A stretch of DNA of 64,000 nucleotides from NCBI GenBank assembly GCA_964035575.1, contig OZ037842.1, positions 1,364,001 to 1,428,000 on the forward strand. Reading direction: 5' to 3'. Shown here in pieces: positions 61,492 to 64,000 of this stretch (its first letter is position 1; the number at the start of each line of letters is the position of its first letter). The translations under genes were made by a program, and so were the position numbers. This stretch comes from Rhynchopus sp. YZ270_cl-10. Lineage: Eukaryota. The notes beneath the pieces are model-generated. The model was not told the origin of the DNA and made no database searches. It saw only the letters and a list, made by a program, of their open reading frames with translations.

Positions 61492-64000
61492 ATGAACCTG
61501 AAATGGGTTTTAACACTATTGTGTGTGTATCTGCAGCAGTCGCATGGTGGGGGTGAGGCAGAACAGCAAACCGCTGCAGTGTTCATGCCGTGGGTTAAAG
61601 TAGCTGGCGCAGGGCAGACTCCAGAAATTCTCACCGCGATTGAGCAGATTTCAGGCCTGGCGATCACCGCGCACTACCCTCAGTGCGAAGACGAGGCATG
61701 CAAGTTTGACGACAACATCAAGCTGGATAACTACATAAAATTCGCTGAAGGCATCCACAATCGAACCTGGGAGCTCACCTCTGGGATCCAAAGCGTATTG
61801 GAAGGGACCGCAACAGAATTTCCACAATTTTCTGCACCAGAAATCGCATTTCTTTCTGCAATCTACACTGGCATACAGGGGGCGGATTGCGTTATCTTCT
61901 TTGGGTTCCGCGGGATTGCCTCTACTGTTAATGGTATTCTGAAATATTCTCACAATTTTGAGAAATTGGGTGTCAAAAATAAGCCAATAATAAGCCATGT
62001 ACCGGTTGTGAATATTCTCTCCTCTGAGGAAGTGGAGGTGCAGAAGGGGGTGTATAAGGCGGCAAATATCATACGACTTACTTCATTGACCAGCAGCTAT
62101 CTGAATGGAGTGGTCGGAGCTGTCCACTCTGTTACAGCCAACAACGAAATCGGCATTGTCACCTTCAAAACACACCCTAATCTCCTCCTCGGCCAGCCCG
62201 CTGCTGCTGAGGGCATATTCTCCCCGCTCCTGCATCCTGAAGCGGCAGATGCGTTCTTCAGCGGTGCGATGGACTCTCTCAAATCGCCGTGCATAAAAAA
62301 GCTTGTCATCGATGCATCCCCGTATATCCGTCAAAATGACAAAGGCGGTGCAGTGCTCGACTACACCCGTTTGGTTTCTTTTATTCAAGAAGAGACAGCG
62401 CGGAAATTGGAGACATCTGATATTGTGTTCAGCCTTTTGGGTGATTTTTACGACCATTTCGCGCATTGGCATGTAAAAAATAAGATTGTGTCGGGCTATG
62501 GAATGTATGGGGTGATCGGGATGCACGGCTTTGCGGATAAGCAGACCACCATTGTGCAGAGCAAAGTACAGCATGGGGCGCTCTTCAAATTCGCGGTCAA
62601 AACATTGCTCGACCCCCACCCAGGGCATGCGTTTCAGTACAAAGCAGAGGGGTTATTTCACTCCAACCAGGTAACATCTGGGAAGATTAACCTTGTTACT
62701 GATGGGTTTACTAGGTGTGATTGGATTTCTACTGCGTTGTGGCAGGAACAGGCTGGGCCAGCACTTGCAAAAGAAATATATACAGCAACACAGACGACGT
62801 TACAAGAAAAGAAGCTTTGTGCAAAAGAGGAGGGGGGGACCCGACCTACTGCGCTCGCATTATTAGAAAGCATCTGGCTGAATATGACAAATGAAGGTGC
62901 AGCAGTGCGCAGTGCGAAAGCAACAGACGCTGCGAGCACATACGACGCAGCGAAGAAGGGCGACACCTTACCACCACAGATGTACTTCACAAATTTGCCT
63001 TCTATTGTAATCTGGCGTAACGCCTTTTTGGCGCACTCTTCATTTGTTCGGTCGACCTCTTATGCTGGATCATCATGGTTTGATGCTTTACCCGAAGCTG
63101 TTACCTCCACAAACCCAAAAGATGCGTCAGAAACGAAAGTCTGTATCCCATTCCAACCCAAAGTTTTGGGAAATCCTGACGGATTTTTTGCACGCCTTTT
63201 CGCTCCAAAGGATGCGTCGAAAGGGCAGATTCCTCGCTTTTCTAATGCAACGGTTGCGGTCATGGAAGGATGCGATCAACAAGAAAAAAACGTAGACAAA
63301 AAGAATGTCCGCCTTGTGGGTGTAGGGGTATACATAAACAACCTAGGTAACGTAGACATGAAGAGTGGTTCTTTTTATGTGGACTACAATTTGTATTTGC
63401 ATCAGAGCAAGCAGCGGTATCTTAGCATTGCTGATGCGGAGAGCCAACTCTCGGAGGGACCTTCCTGCAGCCAAAAGGGCAGCACCGCACAACCCTGCGA
63501 ATGCCCCATCCTCCAAGAAAACCAATGGGAAAACTACATACCCCCTACTACAAAGGACCTAAGTGACCACCTTAACCTTGTTAACGTCGACCGCGTCAAA
63601 ATCTTCACCAAAGTACTCCGAGACGTCGACGAAACCGGACGAGACAGCAGCACCTCAGGGTTAGAACAGCTTGTAGATTTCTACCGTGTCCAGGCTGTCC
63701 ACTACTTTACCCCGAATCTCCGAAACTGGCCAATTGATACGCAATCCCTCAATATCCTGTTAGAGGATATGCAGGAATCGAACACCGAAAACACCACCCT
63801 CCGATTCTGCCATTTGGGGCAGTACAGCGGCTTTTCCCCTACGGCACGCTATTTTCCGGGGATGGAGCTTTCGGTTGGTGCGAGACCGTGGGAGGCGGAG
63901 ATTACGACTTCGTGCTGGCCTTCTTTGAAATATCCTGATGCCTATGTTGAGGGTCAATGCGAAGATCCAGGAAGGGATGTACGATTTCCGGTGAGTGAGT
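61492..64000 (+). CDS. Signal peptide + BMP-like solute-binding domain + Cys-less pentameric ligand-gated ion channel ectodomain (3' truncated by window edge)
   Basis: Frame open from ATG 61492 to the window end; it has no stop and is missing from the ORF track. VGVGVYINNLGNVDMKSGSFYVDYNLYL (~63316-63399) and YRVQAVHYFTPNLRNWPIDTQSLNILLED (~63682-63768). Confidence 0.8.
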   Translation, partial: MNLKWVLTLLCVYLQQSHGGGEAEQQTAAVFMPWVKVAGAGQTPEILTAIEQISGLAITAHYPQCEDEACKFDDNIKLDNYIKFAEGIHNRTWELTSGIQSVLEGTATEFPQFSAPEIAFLSAIYTGIQGADCVIFFGFRGIASTVNGILKYSHNFEKLGVKNKPIISHVPVVNILSSEEVEVQKGVYKAANIIRLTSLTSSYLNGVVGAVHSVTANNEIGIVTFKTHPNLLLGQPAAAEGIFSPLLHPEAADAFFSGAMDSLKSPCIKKLVIDASPYIRQNDKGGAVLDYTRLVSFIQEETARKLETSDIVFSLLGDFYDHFAHWHVKNKIVSGYGMYGVIGMHGFADKQTTIVQSKVQHGALFKFAVKTLLDPHPGHAFQYKAEGLFHSNQVTSGKINLVTDGFTRCDWISTALWQEQAGPALAKEIYTATQTTLQEKKLCAKEEGGTRPTALALLESIWLNMTNEGAAVRSAKATDAASTYDAAKKGDTLPPQMYFTNLPSIVIWRNAFLAHSSFVRSTSYAGSSWFDALPEAVTSTNPKDASETKVCIPFQPKVLGNPDGFFARLFAPKDASKGQIPRFSNATVAVMEGCDQQEKNVDKKNVRLVGVGVYINNLGNVDMKSGSFYVDYNLYLHQSKQRYLSIADAESQLSEGPSCSQKGSTAQPCECPILQENQWENYIPPTTKDLSDHLNLVNVDRVKIFTKVLRDVDETGRDSSTSGLEQLVDFYRVQAVHYFTPNLRNWPIDTQSLNILLEDMQESNTENTTLRFCHLGQYSGFSPTARYFPGMELSVGARPWEAEITTSCWPSLKYPDAYVEGQCEDPGRDVRFPVSE

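Overview
A 64 kb window of a eukaryotic, almost certainly euglenozoan and probably diplonemid-like, nuclear genome. All ~19 supportable protein genes lie on the + strand, as in a polycistronic-type cluster. Several carry short canonical GT(ATG)..(CAC)AG introns. A BILBO1-N/EF-hand gene and an SCP2-type thiolase point to Euglenozoa. The genes are: a WD40 3' end, 2 amino-acid transporters, 2 MATE transporters, BILBO1-like, CFAP119/C1a-32-like, 2 secreted epoxide-hydrolase-like, ankyrin/C2H2, THUMP methyltransferase, thiolase, PIBF1/CEP90, 2 related coiled-coil proteins, saposin-like, a conserved hypothetical, choline/ethanolamine kinase, and an ORF missing from the ORF track that runs off the right edge and encodes a BMP-like binding domain fused to a Cys-less pentameric ligand-gated channel ectodomain. 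The gene-free 11.3-25.6 kb region and other spacers hold layered mobile DNA. This includes two related CACGGTG-ended, 2-bp-TSD non-autonomous transposons (12724-15420, 19683-24522) with palindromic subterminal repeats and (CAGGTAC)-type arrays, a chain of palindromic modules with tyrosine-recombinase-like coding relics (Crypton-like), several MITEs, and three families of short, strand-biased hairpin repeats. All calls come from reading the sequence by eye; no database searches were run.
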